DNA of 64,000 nucleotides. Origin: Nitrospinia bacterium (lineage in GTDB: Bacteria > Nitrospinota > Nitrospinia > JACRGO01). The notes under the pieces are model-generated. The model was not told the origin of the DNA. It worked only from the letters and a program-made list of their open reading frames with translations, and made no database searches. Positions 9,654-21,866 of the stretch are shown here, piece after piece (the stretch's first letter is position 1; every line of letters starts with the position of its first letter). The translations under genes were made by a program, and so were the position numbers. The stretch covers positions 1,616 through 65,615 of the forward strand of contig JAJDAS010000247.1 in assembly GCA_029261755.1 (NCBI GenBank), given 5' to 3'.

Positions 9654-10628
9654 TTAAGGCATGTGTTCATATTTATCTTTTACATCCCCCTCCAGCCTCA
9701 TGAACCTGGGATCATCAGAGCTTACCACCATCCTTCTATCTATGGTTTTCGCTAAGCCGGCCTTATCAAGGATCCCCAACTTATTCCCGACCATGGTGTT
9801 GATCACTAATGCAGACTTTCGGACAGTGCTTTTGGGTACATCCCATGGCGCCATTCCGGCCAAAATATGACTTGCCATCTCTCCAGTCTGTTTGCCCATA
9901 TCCAGTTCGTCTATGCTCATAGTGATGAACGCACCGGAATTCATAAACCTCTCAGCAAAAGTAATGATGGGTATTCGGTTTTCCATGGAGAAGAGCATAA
10001 TCGACTCACCGGTTGTGCGGTTCACTACGGAAATATCCGGCAGCATCCAAAAGGCTTCGATGTTTCCACGCATTTTTTGTAGTTCATTGTATACATCCTT
10101 GGTTCTCGTAACCTCATGGACAACCATCTGTGCCCCCAGTTTTTTGGCGGCGGCCAGGATATCCCTTACCATATCGCCCGAATTTGCCGGATTATAAAGC
10201 AGGCCGACCCGTCTGGTTTTTGGAGAAATGGCCAGGAATTCCCGAAGCACTTCGCCGGGGGGGATGTTTACATCCACGCCTATGATATTTTTCTCGCCAG
10301 ACAGGGCATCGTGAGGTTTTAGCACACTGGAATAAACAATGGGTATGTCATTAATCTCCTTGAGAATAGTAAGTGCACGGCCTCCCACGGCCAGCAACAG
10401 GGGGGGACTGATCTCCCGAACCTTCTCCAAGAAGACCTTGGATTCGTCTATTTCCGTAAGCGCAAATTCTTTTACAGTACACTGGCAGGTACTTTTAAAA
10501 CCTTTCAGCGCCAAATTGTAGGGTTCGATGTCGAAGGTTTTCAGGGCTACGATCTCCACCGCCGCCGCAGTTGAAGACCAAAGATGGACTGAGAAAAAAC
10601 ATAAGGAAAGGATCCTCACTATTTGCAT
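9654..10628 (-). CDS. Periplasmic ABC-type substrate-binding protein (ABC_sub_bind-like), orphan
   Basis: 324-aa ORF with a signal peptide (MQIVRILSLCFFSVHLWSSTAAA). The core LLYNPANSG...AFWMLPD...IPIITF resembles the PF04392-type binding-protein family. No permease or ATPase gene is adjacent. Confidence 0.75.
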   Translation of the reverse strand: MQIVRILSLCFFSVHLWSSTAAAVEIVALKTFDIEPYNLALKGFKSTCQCTVKEFALTEIDESKVFLEKVREISPPLLLAVGGRALTILKEINDIPIVYSSVLKPHDALSGEKNIIGVDVNIPPGEVLREFLAISPKTRRVGLLYNPANSGDMVRDILAAAKKLGAQMVVHEVTRTKDVYNELQKMRGNIEAFWMLPDISVVNRTTGESIMLFSMENRIPIITFAERFMNSGAFITMSIDELDMGKQTGEMASHILAGMAPWDVPKSTVRKSALVINTMVGNKLGILDKAGLAKTIDRRMVVSSDDPRFMRLEGDVKDKYEHMP

Positions 10629-10894
10629 GTTACTCTCCTGCTTAACAAAAAATTTTCAGAAAAATGAAGATTTTACAGGCTCACGGTTTTCTGGCCGATT
10701 TCCCACTCAAAACAGCAAGCCAAAAGCTATGCCAAAAACAGGGGGTATCGAGGGAGAATGTTTCAATGGTGTTACTGAAATAAAATTCAATGTGCTTGCT
10801 TGTGGTAGCATTCTAGAAGCGGAACGGGAATGAACAGCAAAGAGCAAGTGGGGCAATAGCTCATTCCCCTTGCCGGAAAGGCCTGCCTACTTCA

Positions 10895-11446
10895 TTATGG
10901 GCAGGAAGCAAAGCTTCCGAAGAGCTTCGGTTTTGATGAGCTAATCCAATTCCCAAAATAGACACCTTTCTCCCAACCTGCCTTCAAATTAACTTTGTTT
11001 TGTGCGGGCATGGGGGTTTGAAACAGAACGGTCTGCCCCGACTTCGCTTTTTTCACAGCCCACGGCTGGGGTGGGGCCGTTCTGTTTGCAATTTTCGCAA
11101 CATTGGCGGCACCAGCACCTTGGGCGGACATGGGAACGGCCTCTATTTGCAGCCAGTTGCCGCATTTGGCGTCCGTTCCGGTGACTATTCTATAGGCAAA
11201 ATTGCTTGACAGGAAAAAACCTTCGTAACCCAATGCGGCGGAAATCATGGGTTCATCATTGATAACCCCTCCGGAGAGGGGATAGAAAGCACCGTGGGCG
11301 GTTTGATGAAGTTCTTGTATCTCCTTCAATTCCCTGAAAAAAGGAACCGCGCCCCTGGCCCTCATCAGCTCCCCCCTGTGCATCTGGGTGAAAATAGTAT
11401 AAGCTACCGCTATAGCGACTAAGATGAGGGCAATTGCTTTGTTCAT
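10895..11446 (-). CDS. Hypothetical membrane-anchored or secreted protein
   Basis: 183-aa ORF with one N-terminal hydrophobic helix (AIALILVAIAVAYTIF) and two Cys residues, one at the extreme C-terminus. No motif is recognised. Confidence 0.5.
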   Translation of the reverse strand: MNKAIALILVAIAVAYTIFTQMHRGELMRARGAVPFFRELKEIQELHQTAHGAFYPLSGGVINDEPMISAALGYEGFFLSSNFAYRIVTGTDAKCGNWLQIEAVPMSAQGAGAANVAKIANRTAPPQPWAVKKAKSGQTVLFQTPMPAQNKVNLKAGWEKGVYFGNWISSSKPKLFGSFASCP

Positions 11447-11631
11447 GGTTTAGAGTTCCACTAAAAAAGTACTGAAAAAATTTAACATCATCATCGAAAA
11501 AGGTAGTTTTTAAAAAAAAGATGTTGGAGCATCTTAGAAAGTAACGTTCCCTTCAAACCAACAAAATGAACCCTTTCTTCTTTCATGTTCAGTCTTTGAT
11601 ATTCGACATTCAATCTTTAACCTGCCTCGCC

Positions 11632-13173
11632 TTACTCCCATTCAATGGTGGCGGGAGGTTTGGAGCTGATATCGTACACCACCCGGTTGACGCCTTTCAC
11701 TTCGTTGATGATTCTGTTGGAAAGAATTCCCAGGATTTCATAGGGCAGGTGTACCCAGTCCGCCGTCATTCCGTCGCGACTGTGAACAGCTCGCAGGCCG
11801 ATGACGTTTTCATAGGTACGCTCATCGCCCATGACGCCCACGGTCTTCACGGGTAAAAGGACGGCAAAACTCTGCCAGATTTTTTTGTACCATCCGGTTT
11901 TTTTGGTCTCCTCCAGGAGAATGGCGTCTGCTTCCCTTAGTATGCTCAATCTCTCTTCAGTGATGGTTCCCAGAATTCGCACAGCGAGTCCTGGACCTGG
12001 AAAAGGCTGCCGCATGAGGATCTCTTCCGGGATACCTAGTTCCCGACCCAGTTCGCGGACTTCGTCCTTGAACAGTTCCCTCAAAGGCTCCACCAGTTTT
12101 AGCTTCATGTTTTCCGGCAAGCCGCCCACATTGTGGTGGGTCTTAATGGTGGCTGAGGGTCCCTTCAATGAAACACTTTCGATGACATCCGGATAAAGGG
12201 TTCCCTGGGCCAGAAATTCAATATCGCCGATGATCTCGGCCTCCCGGTCAAAGACCTCAATGAATTCGTGGCCGATGATCTTCCTCTTTTTCTCCGGGTC
12301 TTCCACCCCTTTTAGTTTATCAAGGATCTGTTTGGAGGCGTCCACATGCCTCAGGTTCAAATTCATCTGTCCCCCGAAAACACTCACCACCTTCTCCGCT
12401 TCCCCTTTGCGTAGCAGTCCGTTATCCACAAAGACCGAGGTGAGCTGATCTCCCACGGCTCTGGACACCAAGACCGCTGCTACGGAAGAGTCAACGCCCC
12501 CGCTCAGGCCGCAGATCACCTTCTTATGGCCGATCTTCTCCTTCAATCCCTTGATGGTTTTATCAGCAAAGGAGCCAAGAGTCCAGTCTCCCTTGCAGTC
12601 GCAAATGTTGAAGAGAAAGTTACGGAGGATCTGCACCCCTTGCTCGGAATGGGTAACTTCGGGATGAAACTGAAGGCCGTAATATCCCCTTTCACGGTTT
12701 TCGATTACCGCCATTGGGGAGTTGCCGGTATGGGCGATGGTATGAAATCCGGGGGGTAGTTCATCGATCCGGTCGCCATGGCTCATCCAGACCACTTTTC
12801 CGTCTTGGACCCCTTGCGTGAGTTGGGAGGGCTGGTCGAGGAATAGCTCCGCCCGCCCGTATTCCTTTTTGGTGGACCGAGAAACTTTGCCGTCCAGGAG
12901 GAAGGCCATGAGCTGCATTCCGTAACAGATACCCAGTATGGGTATTTTGGAGTCAAATATTTTTTTGGAAACGATGGGCGCGCCTTCTTCGTAAACGCTG
13001 GAGGGTCCACCGGAAAGAATAATGCCTTTGATATTTTCGGATTCGACGGGTGGTTCGTTATAGGGCACAATCCGGCTGTACACCTTGTTTTCCCTGATCT
13101 TTCGGGCGATGAGCTGGGTGTATTGAGAGCCAAAATCCAAGATTACGATTTCTTCACGTGATGCAATTTCCAT
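11632..13173 (-). CDS. guaA: GMP synthase (glutamine-hydrolysing)
   Basis: It has a GATase domain ([25 protein letters not shown]) and an ATP-PPase motif ([10 protein letters not shown]), and ends in the conserved TIEWE. The likely start is the internal Met at 13173 ([15 protein letters not shown]) rather than 13209. Confidence 0.95.
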   Translation of the reverse strand: MEIASREEIVILDFGSQYTQLIARKIRENKVYSRIVPYNEPPVESENIKGIILSGGPSSVYEEGAPIVSKKIFDSKIPILGICYGMQLMAFLLDGKVSRSTKKEYGRAELFLDQPSQLTQGVQDGKVVWMSHGDRIDELPPGFHTIAHTGNSPMAVIENRERGYYGLQFHPEVTHSEQGVQILRNFLFNICDCKGDWTLGSFADKTIKGLKEKIGHKKVICGLSGGVDSSVAAVLVSRAVGDQLTSVFVDNGLLRKGEAEKVVSVFGGQMNLNLRHVDASKQILDKLKGVEDPEKKRKIIGHEFIEVFDREAEIIGDIEFLAQGTLYPDVIESVSLKGPSATIKTHHNVGGLPENMKLKLVEPLRELFKDEVRELGRELGIPEEILMRQPFPGPGLAVRILGTITEERLSILREADAILLEETKKTGWYKKIWQSFAVLLPVKTVGVMGDERTYENVIGLRAVHSRDGMTADWVHLPYEILGILSNRIINEVKGVNRVVYDISSKPPATIEWE

Positions 13174-13548
13174 GAATGGAAAAATAACAAATAAATGGAG
13201 GAAAGACAAGTGAGGGGGGTTCTGGGTTTAGAGAAACCGGTATTCACGCTTATTTCCAACTCAGCCCTGAACCTTTGAACCGGGAATCTTGAACTCTCCT
13301 TTAAATTTCCATTTTTTAAATTTTTTCCTGTTATTCTGAGAAAATGGATTATATTAATGTAAAAGGCTTCAACAAGACTGTCTTTGATTGCAATAGTGGC
13401 AAATACTTAAATTTATTTATGGCCTTTCGAGGCTTGAGAAAATAAGAAAATTATTTCCTTTTTTATTTCTTTTCAAATTGTTACAATTTAACCTACTTGA
13501 GAATTATTTATTTATGAGACTGCCGCGCTTTCTTTACAAAGGAATTTC

Positions 13549-15720
13549 ATGGCTGAGAAAAAACAGGGACAATTTAAAAATCCGTCAGCAGAAGTCCGGG
13601 ACAAAGGGTTGGAAATCCTGAAGGAGCTTTTGGCTGACCTGGCGGAAAAGGACACGGACTCTCTGGATAAGGCCTTCGTTGCTAAGGCCATGCTCAGCTT
13701 TGAAAATCTAAAGGACAGCCTTTCCGGGGAAACCGACGAAGAGGTTGTAAACCTTGTGGCCATGTCGGCCAAGGTCTTTGAAGACCTCATGATGGACAAC
13801 CTTACCCCCTCCGATGAGCTGCTAGATCTCTCCAGGGCCTGCACGGGGTGGTTAAAGGATTTTCTGGAGGGTGGGTCCGGCGAAGGGTTTGAGAGCATTG
13901 AAAGCGGCTTGAAATCCCTTTGGGGTGAGGAGGAAGCTTCTCCCGTCCAGGAAGAAAAGGCCGAATCCGCGCCGAAACCGGCTCCTGAAAAAAAAACGGA
14001 GCCGGAAGAAGATCTTTCGGGCAGCTATCCCTTACCCATCCATTCAGAAGATGACGCCGTCATCTATGTGGAATTCATTTCGGAGACAACGGAGCATATC
14101 GACAACATTGAAAGCGGCATTTTGGAACTGGAGAAAAATCCCGAGAACATGGATCTCCTGAATTCCATCTTCCGCCACTTCCACAGCGTCAAGGGCGCCG
14201 CAGGATTCCTGGGCATCCTGGATGTGAGTAAGGTGAGCCACGAGACGGAAAACCTCCTGGATCTGGCCAGAAAAGGGATGCTTTATGTGGATCACCCTAT
14301 TGTGAACCTCCTGTTGAAATCCACCGACTGCCAGGTGAGGCTTCTGAGGCACATCGATTCCCGCATCCAACACCTGCTGGGCAAAATCCCGGAAAAAGAT
14401 ATTGAACCCTCCTACGACATTGTGGAATTGGTGGGTCAACTCCGAGGGGTTATCGCGGAGGCCAAGGCAAGGCCCGCTGCTCCCCGGGTAGAAAAACCTC
14501 CCACCGCGCCGGGAATAGCGCCCCCGGAAGAGAGAATAGAGCCGGGCGCCAGAAAGATCACCGCTGTGGCGGATGTGAAAGTCTCTACTGATAAGCTGGA
14601 CCTGCTGATGGAGATGGTGGGTGAGTTGGTGATCTCCCAGGCACTGGTGAGCCAGGATTCCAGCCTCCAGAATGAGCACAACGTCAACATACAGAAAAAC
14701 CTTGCCATCATGGGCAAGATTACTAAGAACCTCCAGGAGCAGGTCCTGGCCGTAAGGATGGTTCCCCTCCGCATGCTTTTTCAAAAGATGGCGCGGCTGG
14801 TGCGCGATCTGGGCGCAAAACAGAACAAAAAGATCAAATTTGAAATTTCCGGCGAGGATACGGAGATCGACAAAACGGTTATCGACGGAATCAACGATCC
14901 GCTTGTGCATCTCCTTCGGAACAGTGCGGACCATGGAATCGAATCTCAGGAAGAAAGAAAGGAAATGGGAAAGTCGGAAACGGCCCGGGTTTCACTAAAA
15001 GCATACAACCAAAGCGGCAATGTGGTGATCGAGGTGGTGGACGACGGCAAAGGGCTGGACCGGGATAAAATCAGGAAAAAGGCCATTGATAGGGGGTTGG
15101 TGAAAGAGGACAAACAGGTGACGGACCGGGAAATCTATGAGTTCATTCTCCAGGCCGGTTTTTCCACCGCAGACCGTATCACCGATGTGTCCGGCCGAGG
15201 TGTGGGCATGGACGTGGTGGTGCGAAATATCCAAAAGCTGAACGGGAAGCTGGAAATTGACAGCGAGAAGGGGAAGGGATCCACCTTTACCATTCGACTT
15301 CCCTTGACCATGGCCATCATCGACGGAATGGTGGTGCAAGTGGGTCAGCAGAGATATATCATCCCCATCGTTTCCATCAAGGAGTCGGTCCAGCCAACCC
15401 AAAAAGATATTACCAGCGTCACCGAGGGTGGCGAGGTGGTGGATGTGAGGGGCAAACTGATTCCCCTTATCCGTCTCAATAAACTCTTTCAGATACCGGA
15501 CAGTAAAACCGATCCCTGTGAAGCTTTATTCATGATAGTGGAATCCAACGGTAAAGAGAGAGGTTTGATGGTGGATAATTTGATCGGCCAGCATCAAGTG
15601 GTGATCAAAAATCTAGGGCCCCGGCTTCAAGGGGTGAAAGGAGTTTCCGGTGGAGCTATTTTAGGAGACGGAAGAGTTGGTTTGATTTTGGACGTGGAAG
15701 GGATTATCGAGAGCATCTAA
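13549..15720 (+). CDS. cheA: Chemotaxis histidine kinase CheA (with a ~170-aa acidic N-terminal extension)
   Basis: The Hpt motif [11 protein letters not shown] is followed by a dimerisation region, HATPase boxes (NSADHGIE; DDGKGLD; GRGVGMDVV) and a C-terminal CheW-like domain. No P2 domain is evident. Confidence 0.93.
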   Translation: MAEKKQGQFKNPSAEVRDKGLEILKELLADLAEKDTDSLDKAFVAKAMLSFENLKDSLSGETDEEVVNLVAMSAKVFEDLMMDNLTPSDELLDLSRACTGWLKDFLEGGSGEGFESIESGLKSLWGEEEASPVQEEKAESAPKPAPEKKTEPEEDLSGSYPLPIHSEDDAVIYVEFISETTEHIDNIESGILELEKNPENMDLLNSIFRHFHSVKGAAGFLGILDVSKVSHETENLLDLARKGMLYVDHPIVNLLLKSTDCQVRLLRHIDSRIQHLLGKIPEKDIEPSYDIVELVGQLRGVIAEAKARPAAPRVEKPPTAPGIAPPEERIEPGARKITAVADVKVSTDKLDLLMEMVGELVISQALVSQDSSLQNEHNVNIQKNLAIMGKITKNLQEQVLAVRMVPLRMLFQKMARLVRDLGAKQNKKIKFEISGEDTEIDKTVIDGINDPLVHLLRNSADHGIESQEERKEMGKSETARVSLKAYNQSGNVVIEVVDDGKGLDRDKIRKKAIDRGLVKEDKQVTDREIYEFILQAGFSTADRITDVSGRGVGMDVVVRNIQKLNGKLEIDSEKGKGSTFTIRLPLTMAIIDGMVVQVGQQRYIIPIVSIKESVQPTQKDITSVTEGGEVVDVRGKLIPLIRLNKLFQIPDSKTDPCEALFMIVESNGKERGLMVDNLIGQHQVVIKNLGPRLQGVKGVSGGAILGDGRVGLILDVEGIIESI

Positions 15721-15736
15721 TGTGGAGGAAAAAGAG

Positions 15737-16153
15737 ATGAACGATAAAATAATAGTTGTTGACGATGAGGTGGAAATCCTTAATTCCTTGAAAATTTATT
15801 TGGAATATAATGGATATGTGGTGGAAGTTGCCGCCAGCGCCAAGGAAGCCCTTGCCATTATGGATCAAACTAAATTCAACATCGCTCTTCTGGACATCAA
15901 TATGCCGGAGATGGACGGCATTGAACTTTTGCAGGAGATGAAAAGTAGAGATTTTTCCATTCAGGTTATTATGATGACAGCCTACACAACCTTCGACAAA
16001 ACCCTCAAGTCTCTTCAAAGCGGTGCAATTGACTATGTGCTGAAACCAATAGAGGACCTTAACGACCTTTTGGATTTAGTAAAGGAATCTACCAGGAGGG
16101 TCGCACGTTGGAAAAAAGTACTGAAAGATTCGGTGGGCAAAAAGAAAATTTAA
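15737..16153 (+). CDS. Single-domain response regulator (CheY-like receiver)
   Basis: Receiver residues are present: VVDDE, LLDINMPEMDG, MMTA and LKP. RBS GGAGG lies 8 nt upstream of ATG 15737. The track start 15722 is a GTG directly after the cheA stop. Confidence 0.85.
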   Translation: MNDKIIVVDDEVEILNSLKIYLEYNGYVVEVAASAKEALAIMDQTKFNIALLDINMPEMDGIELLQEMKSRDFSIQVIMMTAYTTFDKTLKSLQSGAIDYVLKPIEDLNDLLDLVKESTRRVARWKKVLKDSVGKKKI

Positions 16154-16422
16154 TTTAAAAAAAAGTAATGGCTTAGATTGCCGGTTCATGTGCAAAAGAG
16201 TTAAGTGTTGAACCGTTTAGAAAATAATGAAGAACACAATACACCCATCGTTGCCCCACCCTGAACCTGTGGTAACTTAATAAGTTTCAAATGGATCATT
16301 TTTTTTGTAAAATATGCATTCCTGTATATCTCCAACCTAAGAAAAAAATGGGCTGGATTTTGAGCAGCCTGCTTCCACACTGTCCCCAAGTTAAGCCGTG
16401 AAAAACATTTTTTTCTTCTGTA

Positions 16423-16452
16423 TTGACTTCATACTAATTATAATATAATATG
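16423..16452 (+). promoter_or_regulatory. Putative sigma-70-type promoter for cheD-cheB
   Basis: TTGACT (16423-16428) is followed by a 17-nt spacer and TAATAT, within the 367-nt gap between the REC gene and cheD. This is a pattern match only. Confidence 0.3.
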
Positions 16453-16520
16453 CATGTGATTTGTTTTTTTTAGCAGTCAAGAAAAGTTCCATTTCCATTT
16501 TCATTTCGCGAGACGGAGAC

Positions 16521-18069
<1,549 letters not shown>

Positions 18070-18253
18070 AAACATTTAAAGCTTTAAATATATTTGCTTA
18101 GGTTTTTCAAATAAATAAACAATCCTGCCTTTTCTATGTTCAGAGTTTAATGTTCGATGTTAAATCTTTACTCTGTTCAACTGCTCCACAAGGGGCATGT
18201 CCCTCGTTCTTTTCTAACTTTCCCCGTTTCCCTCCCTCGGATTTCCCAAACCC

Positions 18254-19192
18254 ATGATCAATGTTCGCCCCAAGGTAAAAAGGCCTGAACTAAACGATCA
18301 TGACCTTCAAGCCATCGATAATTTAGAAGAACCTCTTAAGCAGCATGTAATGGTTTTGGCCGATGAAATAGGGGAGAGGAATCTTTTTCTGCCGAAAAAG
18401 CTGGATGCAGCCGCCCAGGTTATCCGCCTGTTCTGGGAAGAAATGGGCCACCATCCCAAGGTTCAGGAGTACAAGGCCCAAGACGTCACTTGCCGAAATT
18501 TGACCATTGAAATCAAGGGTAACCGGAAGCCTGGCGAAATTCTTATCATCGGAGCCCATTACGATTCTATCCAGGGATCCCCTGGCGCAAACGATAACGG
18601 TTCCGGGGTGGCCGCTCTTCTGGAGATCAGCCGAATGTTCGGGACAAAACCCCGGAATCGCACGCTCCGCTTTGTGGCTTTTGCCAATGAAGAACCTCCC
18701 TTTTTTCAGGAACCGGACATGGGAAGCCTGGTCTACGCGAAGCAATGCCGGGAAGATGGGGACAATATCGTGGGGATGGTTTGCCTGGAAACCATTGGTT
18801 ATTTCAACGACAAGCCTGGCTCCCAGGAATATCCGCCTCCATTGGGCTTTTTTTATCCGGATAGGGGAAATTTTATCGCTGTGGTGGGCAATACCGCTTC
18901 CAGGAAACTGGTTCGGACCTTTACGGAGCACTTCATGGGTTCCGTGGACTTTCCGGTGGAATGTATTGCGACCTTTGAGTCCATTCCGGGAATTGACTGG
19001 TCGGACCACGGTTCCTTCTGGCGTTATGGCTATCCGGCCATCATGTTGACCGACACGGCGCCGTTTCGTTATCCGCATTACCATTTAGCCGGGGATACAC
19101 CGGATCAAATCCACTACCCTTCCCTGGCAAAGGTGGTTTACGGAACCTACGGAGCGCTATCTAAAATGGTGGACTCGTCGATGGATTTGTAA
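18254..19192 (+). CDS. M28-family metallopeptidase (aminopeptidase-like)
   Basis: 312-aa ORF containing IIGAHYDS...GANDNGSGVAALLEISR, the M28 zinc-ligand signature. Confidence 0.85.
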   Translation: MINVRPKVKRPELNDHDLQAIDNLEEPLKQHVMVLADEIGERNLFLPKKLDAAAQVIRLFWEEMGHHPKVQEYKAQDVTCRNLTIEIKGNRKPGEILIIGAHYDSIQGSPGANDNGSGVAALLEISRMFGTKPRNRTLRFVAFANEEPPFFQEPDMGSLVYAKQCREDGDNIVGMVCLETIGYFNDKPGSQEYPPPLGFFYPDRGNFIAVVGNTASRKLVRTFTEHFMGSVDFPVECIATFESIPGIDWSDHGSFWRYGYPAIMLTDTAPFRYPHYHLAGDTPDQIHYPSLAKVVYGTYGALSKMVDSSMDL

Positions 19193-19263
19193 GGCAAAAA
19201 ATGTTTTTTATCTTCTTTTTTGGTATACTTACGCCTATTTTGCAAATTATTTGAGGACTTTCC

Positions 19264-20172
19264 ATGGAAAAGAATTTTATTTGGATGGATGGGCGGTTCG
19301 TCCCTTGGGCAGATGCTAAGGTTCACGTTATGACCCATACTCTCCATTACGGGTTTGGTGTATTTGAGGGAATTCGCTGTTATTCAACACCCAAGGGCGG
19401 CGCCGTTTTTCGTCTTCAGGAACATACCACCCGGCTTTTTGATTCCGCCCACATCTTGGGTATCGAAATCCCTTATAAGCCGGAGGAGATCAATGAAGCC
19501 ATCTTGGAGACCATCCGGAAAAATGAACTCAGGGAATGCTATATCCGCCCCCTTGCTTATCTCGGCAATAACAAGCTGGGTTTAAACTACAAGGGCGCTT
19601 CCTGCCACGTTTCCATTGCCGCCTGGAGTTGGGGAGCTTACCTGGGAGAAGACGGGCTGAAAAATGGTATAAGAGTAAAGATTTCCTCCTTTTCCCGCCA
19701 TCACATTAACGTAACCATGACCAATGCCAAAGTCTGCGGTGCTTATATCAACTCCATCCTGGCCAAATCCGAAGCCATTAAGGACGGTTACGACGAGGCA
19801 ATTCTGCTGGACGTTAACGGAAATGTGGCTGAAGGATCGGGAGAAAATATCTTCATCGTCAAAAATAACGTTTTGAAGACCCCCCCGCTGGTGTCGGTAT
19901 TGGAGGGGATCACTCGAAGCACGGTGCTTCATTTCGCTAAGGAAAAGGGGATGGTGGTGAAGGAGGAGCACTTTGCGCGGGACGAACTCTATACTGCCGA
20001 TGAAGCATTCTTCACCGGAACGGCGGCGGAAATTACCCCCATCCGGGAAGTAGATAACAGGAAAATTGGAGATGGCAAACCTGGACCTGTGGTCAAAATG
20101 ATGCAAGAAGCCTTTTTCGCTACCGTCCAGGGTGAAAACGATTCCCTAAAAAACTGGTTGACATATATATAG
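19264..20172 (+). CDS. ilvE: Branched-chain amino acid aminotransferase
   Basis: 302-aa ORF with WMDGRFVPWADAKVHVMTHTLHYGFGVFEGIRCY and the class IV aminotransferase pattern throughout. Confidence 0.92.
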   Translation: MEKNFIWMDGRFVPWADAKVHVMTHTLHYGFGVFEGIRCYSTPKGGAVFRLQEHTTRLFDSAHILGIEIPYKPEEINEAILETIRKNELRECYIRPLAYLGNNKLGLNYKGASCHVSIAAWSWGAYLGEDGLKNGIRVKISSFSRHHINVTMTNAKVCGAYINSILAKSEAIKDGYDEAILLDVNGNVAEGSGENIFIVKNNVLKTPPLVSVLEGITRSTVLHFAKEKGMVVKEEHFARDELYTADEAFFTGTAAEITPIREVDNRKIGDGKPGPVVKMMQEAFFATVQGENDSLKNWLTYI

Positions 20173-20233
20173 GCGCATCTTATAAAATGGTACGAGCTGA
20201 AAAATAAAATTTTACAACAGGAGGTTATTTACC

Positions 20234-20530
20234 ATGCCCATTTATGAGTACCAATGTGAAAAATGCGGATCTGAACTTGAAATGATGCAAAAAATCACCG
20301 AATCGCCTCTGGTGATGCATGCCGATTGTGGTGGAAACCTTAAGCGGTTGATCTCCAACACCGCCTTCCATTTGAAGGGGACCGGATGGTACGCAACGGA
20401 TTACGCTTCCGGTGCAAAAAACGGCGAGGCGGCAGCAGCGGAAAAAAGTTCTTCCGCCCCTGCAGGAAGTTCCGCCACCCCGGCGCCATCCGCTCCGGCA
20501 GCGCCTGCGGGAGCCGAAAAGATCATATAA
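20234..20530 (+). CDS. FmdB-family zinc-ribbon protein
   Basis: [12 protein letters not shown]...CGG is the CxxC..C zinc ribbon typical of the FmdB family. The C-terminal tail is Ala/Pro/Ser-rich. A strong RBS, AGGAGG, lies upstream. Confidence 0.8.
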   Translation: MPIYEYQCEKCGSELEMMQKITESPLVMHADCGGNLKRLISNTAFHLKGTGWYATDYASGAKNGEAAAAEKSSSAPAGSSATPAPSAPAAPAGAEKII

Positions 20531-20587
20531 ACTCCAGCCCGCACCGGGTCTGGAGTTTAAGCTCCCTCCCTTTACTATGGATCTTCC

Positions 20588-21688
20588 TTGAAAGGAACCC
20601 CGCCAAACTTCAAGCCGGACCTACCATTTTATGAGAACCTCCTGTCTTCACTTTCCGATGGGATCATGGTTCTTAATGAAGAAAAACGGATTATTTACGT
20701 CAACCCTGCATGGGAACAGCTTTGCAGGGTTTCTTTTGCCTCCATCCGGGAACTGCCCTTCCACGATTTTGCTCTCCGCAACCCTCACCTGGAATCTCTT
20801 GTGGAAAAAACCATGGAGACGGGCGCCAGCCACCACGAAATGGATTACTCCTACCGGACCCCCGACGGCGGCGATGTTCCGGTCTTCATTACCACTTCCC
20901 TCATCGCCGGAATTGCCGGTACCACGGCGGGACTGGCACTGACCTTCCAAGATATCAGTTACTTCAAGGAAATAGAAACAAACACCAAACAAGCCCACCG
21001 ACTTCATCTTTTAGGCAAGCTTGCTGCCACTATGGCCCACGAAATCAAGAACCCACTGGGAGGGATCCGGGGAAGTGCGCAGCTCCTCGATATGGAGACC
21101 AGGGACCAAGACCAGAAAGTTCTTCTCCAGGCCATCATAAAGGAAGTGGACCGCATTAACCGGATCGTGGAGACCGCTCTGGATTTAAAAAGAAGCCGCG
21201 AACTCCGAACCTCTCCGGTCAATATTCATAAAACCCTGAATGAAATCCTGCTGTTGGAAAAGAGGAACGAAAAGTCCTCCGGGATAAACTTTAAAGTGGA
21301 GTTCGACCCCAGCATCCCCCATATTCCAGCGGATGAGGCCCAACTTACCCAGCTCTTTCTGAATCTTATCCGAAACGGCGTGGAGGCCATGGACGGTGAA
21401 GGAGAAATGGCCATCTCCACCCGAGTATCATCGGAGTACCAAGTCCAGCAGGATGCCCAAAAGCCTCCATCCCGCATGTTGCTGGTGGAGGTGCGTGACA
21501 AGGGCAAGGGAATCCCTCCGGAGGTCAGGGAAAATCTGTTCACACCCTTCTTTACAACCAAGAAGGCGGGGTCCGGCCTTGGCCTGATTGTCTGCCAGCA
21601 GGTTGCGGAAAAACACAAGGGTTGGATCAAACTGGGACAGAATCCCGAAGGAGGGACTTCTGTGAAGGTTTGGCTGCCGTTAAAATAA
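20588..21688 (+). CDS. PAS-domain sensor histidine kinase (NtrB/AtoS-like), orphan
   Basis: It has a PAS region (LSDGIMVLNEEKRIIYVNPAW), the H-box MAHEIKNPLGGIRG, and HATPase N/G boxes (NLIRNGVEAM, DKGKGIP, GSGLGL). It is soluble, with no TM segment. The TTG start is uncertain. No cognate regulator is adjacent. Confidence 0.85.
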   Translation: MKGTPPNFKPDLPFYENLLSSLSDGIMVLNEEKRIIYVNPAWEQLCRVSFASIRELPFHDFALRNPHLESLVEKTMETGASHHEMDYSYRTPDGGDVPVFITTSLIAGIAGTTAGLALTFQDISYFKEIETNTKQAHRLHLLGKLAATMAHEIKNPLGGIRGSAQLLDMETRDQDQKVLLQAIIKEVDRINRIVETALDLKRSRELRTSPVNIHKTLNEILLLEKRNEKSSGINFKVEFDPSIPHIPADEAQLTQLFLNLIRNGVEAMDGEGEMAISTRVSSEYQVQQDAQKPPSRMLLVEVRDKGKGIPPEVRENLFTPFFTTKKAGSGLGLIVCQQVAEKHKGWIKLGQNPEGGTSVKVWLPLK

Positions 21689-21866
21689 ACCACCTTTTTT
21701 ATTCCTCAATTTCACAACACATGGTTCTTACCTTTGTGTAATAACACCGGGAAGCCTAAGCGCGGGTCAACAAGACTATTGATTATTATTGGTCATTGTG
21801 CTATGTTTTCGTTGTGGATAAACAAGCTCCAGTAGTAACTCTTGCAAACCCTTTCCCAATAAAACC

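Noticed and set aside
14044-14934. A 296-aa antisense ORF within cheA, and the similar 18323-19084 ORF (253 aa) antisense to the M28 peptidase.
   Set aside because: The sense strands encode full-length, motif-bearing proteins. The antisense translations have no recognisable motifs and an unusual composition rich in His, Gln and Arg.
16201-16389. A 62-aa ORF in the gap between the REC gene and cheD, and a sigma-28 promoter (GCCGTGAA) in the same gap.
   Set aside because: The ORF has no RBS or motif. The GCCGATAA-like box has no TAAA element at the required 15-nt spacing.
18138-18165. dif-like Xer recombination site (ATGTTAAAT resembles the XerD arm).
   Set aside because: The XerC arm and the CATAA core are absent. 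The similarity is explained by the GTT heptad word array at this position.
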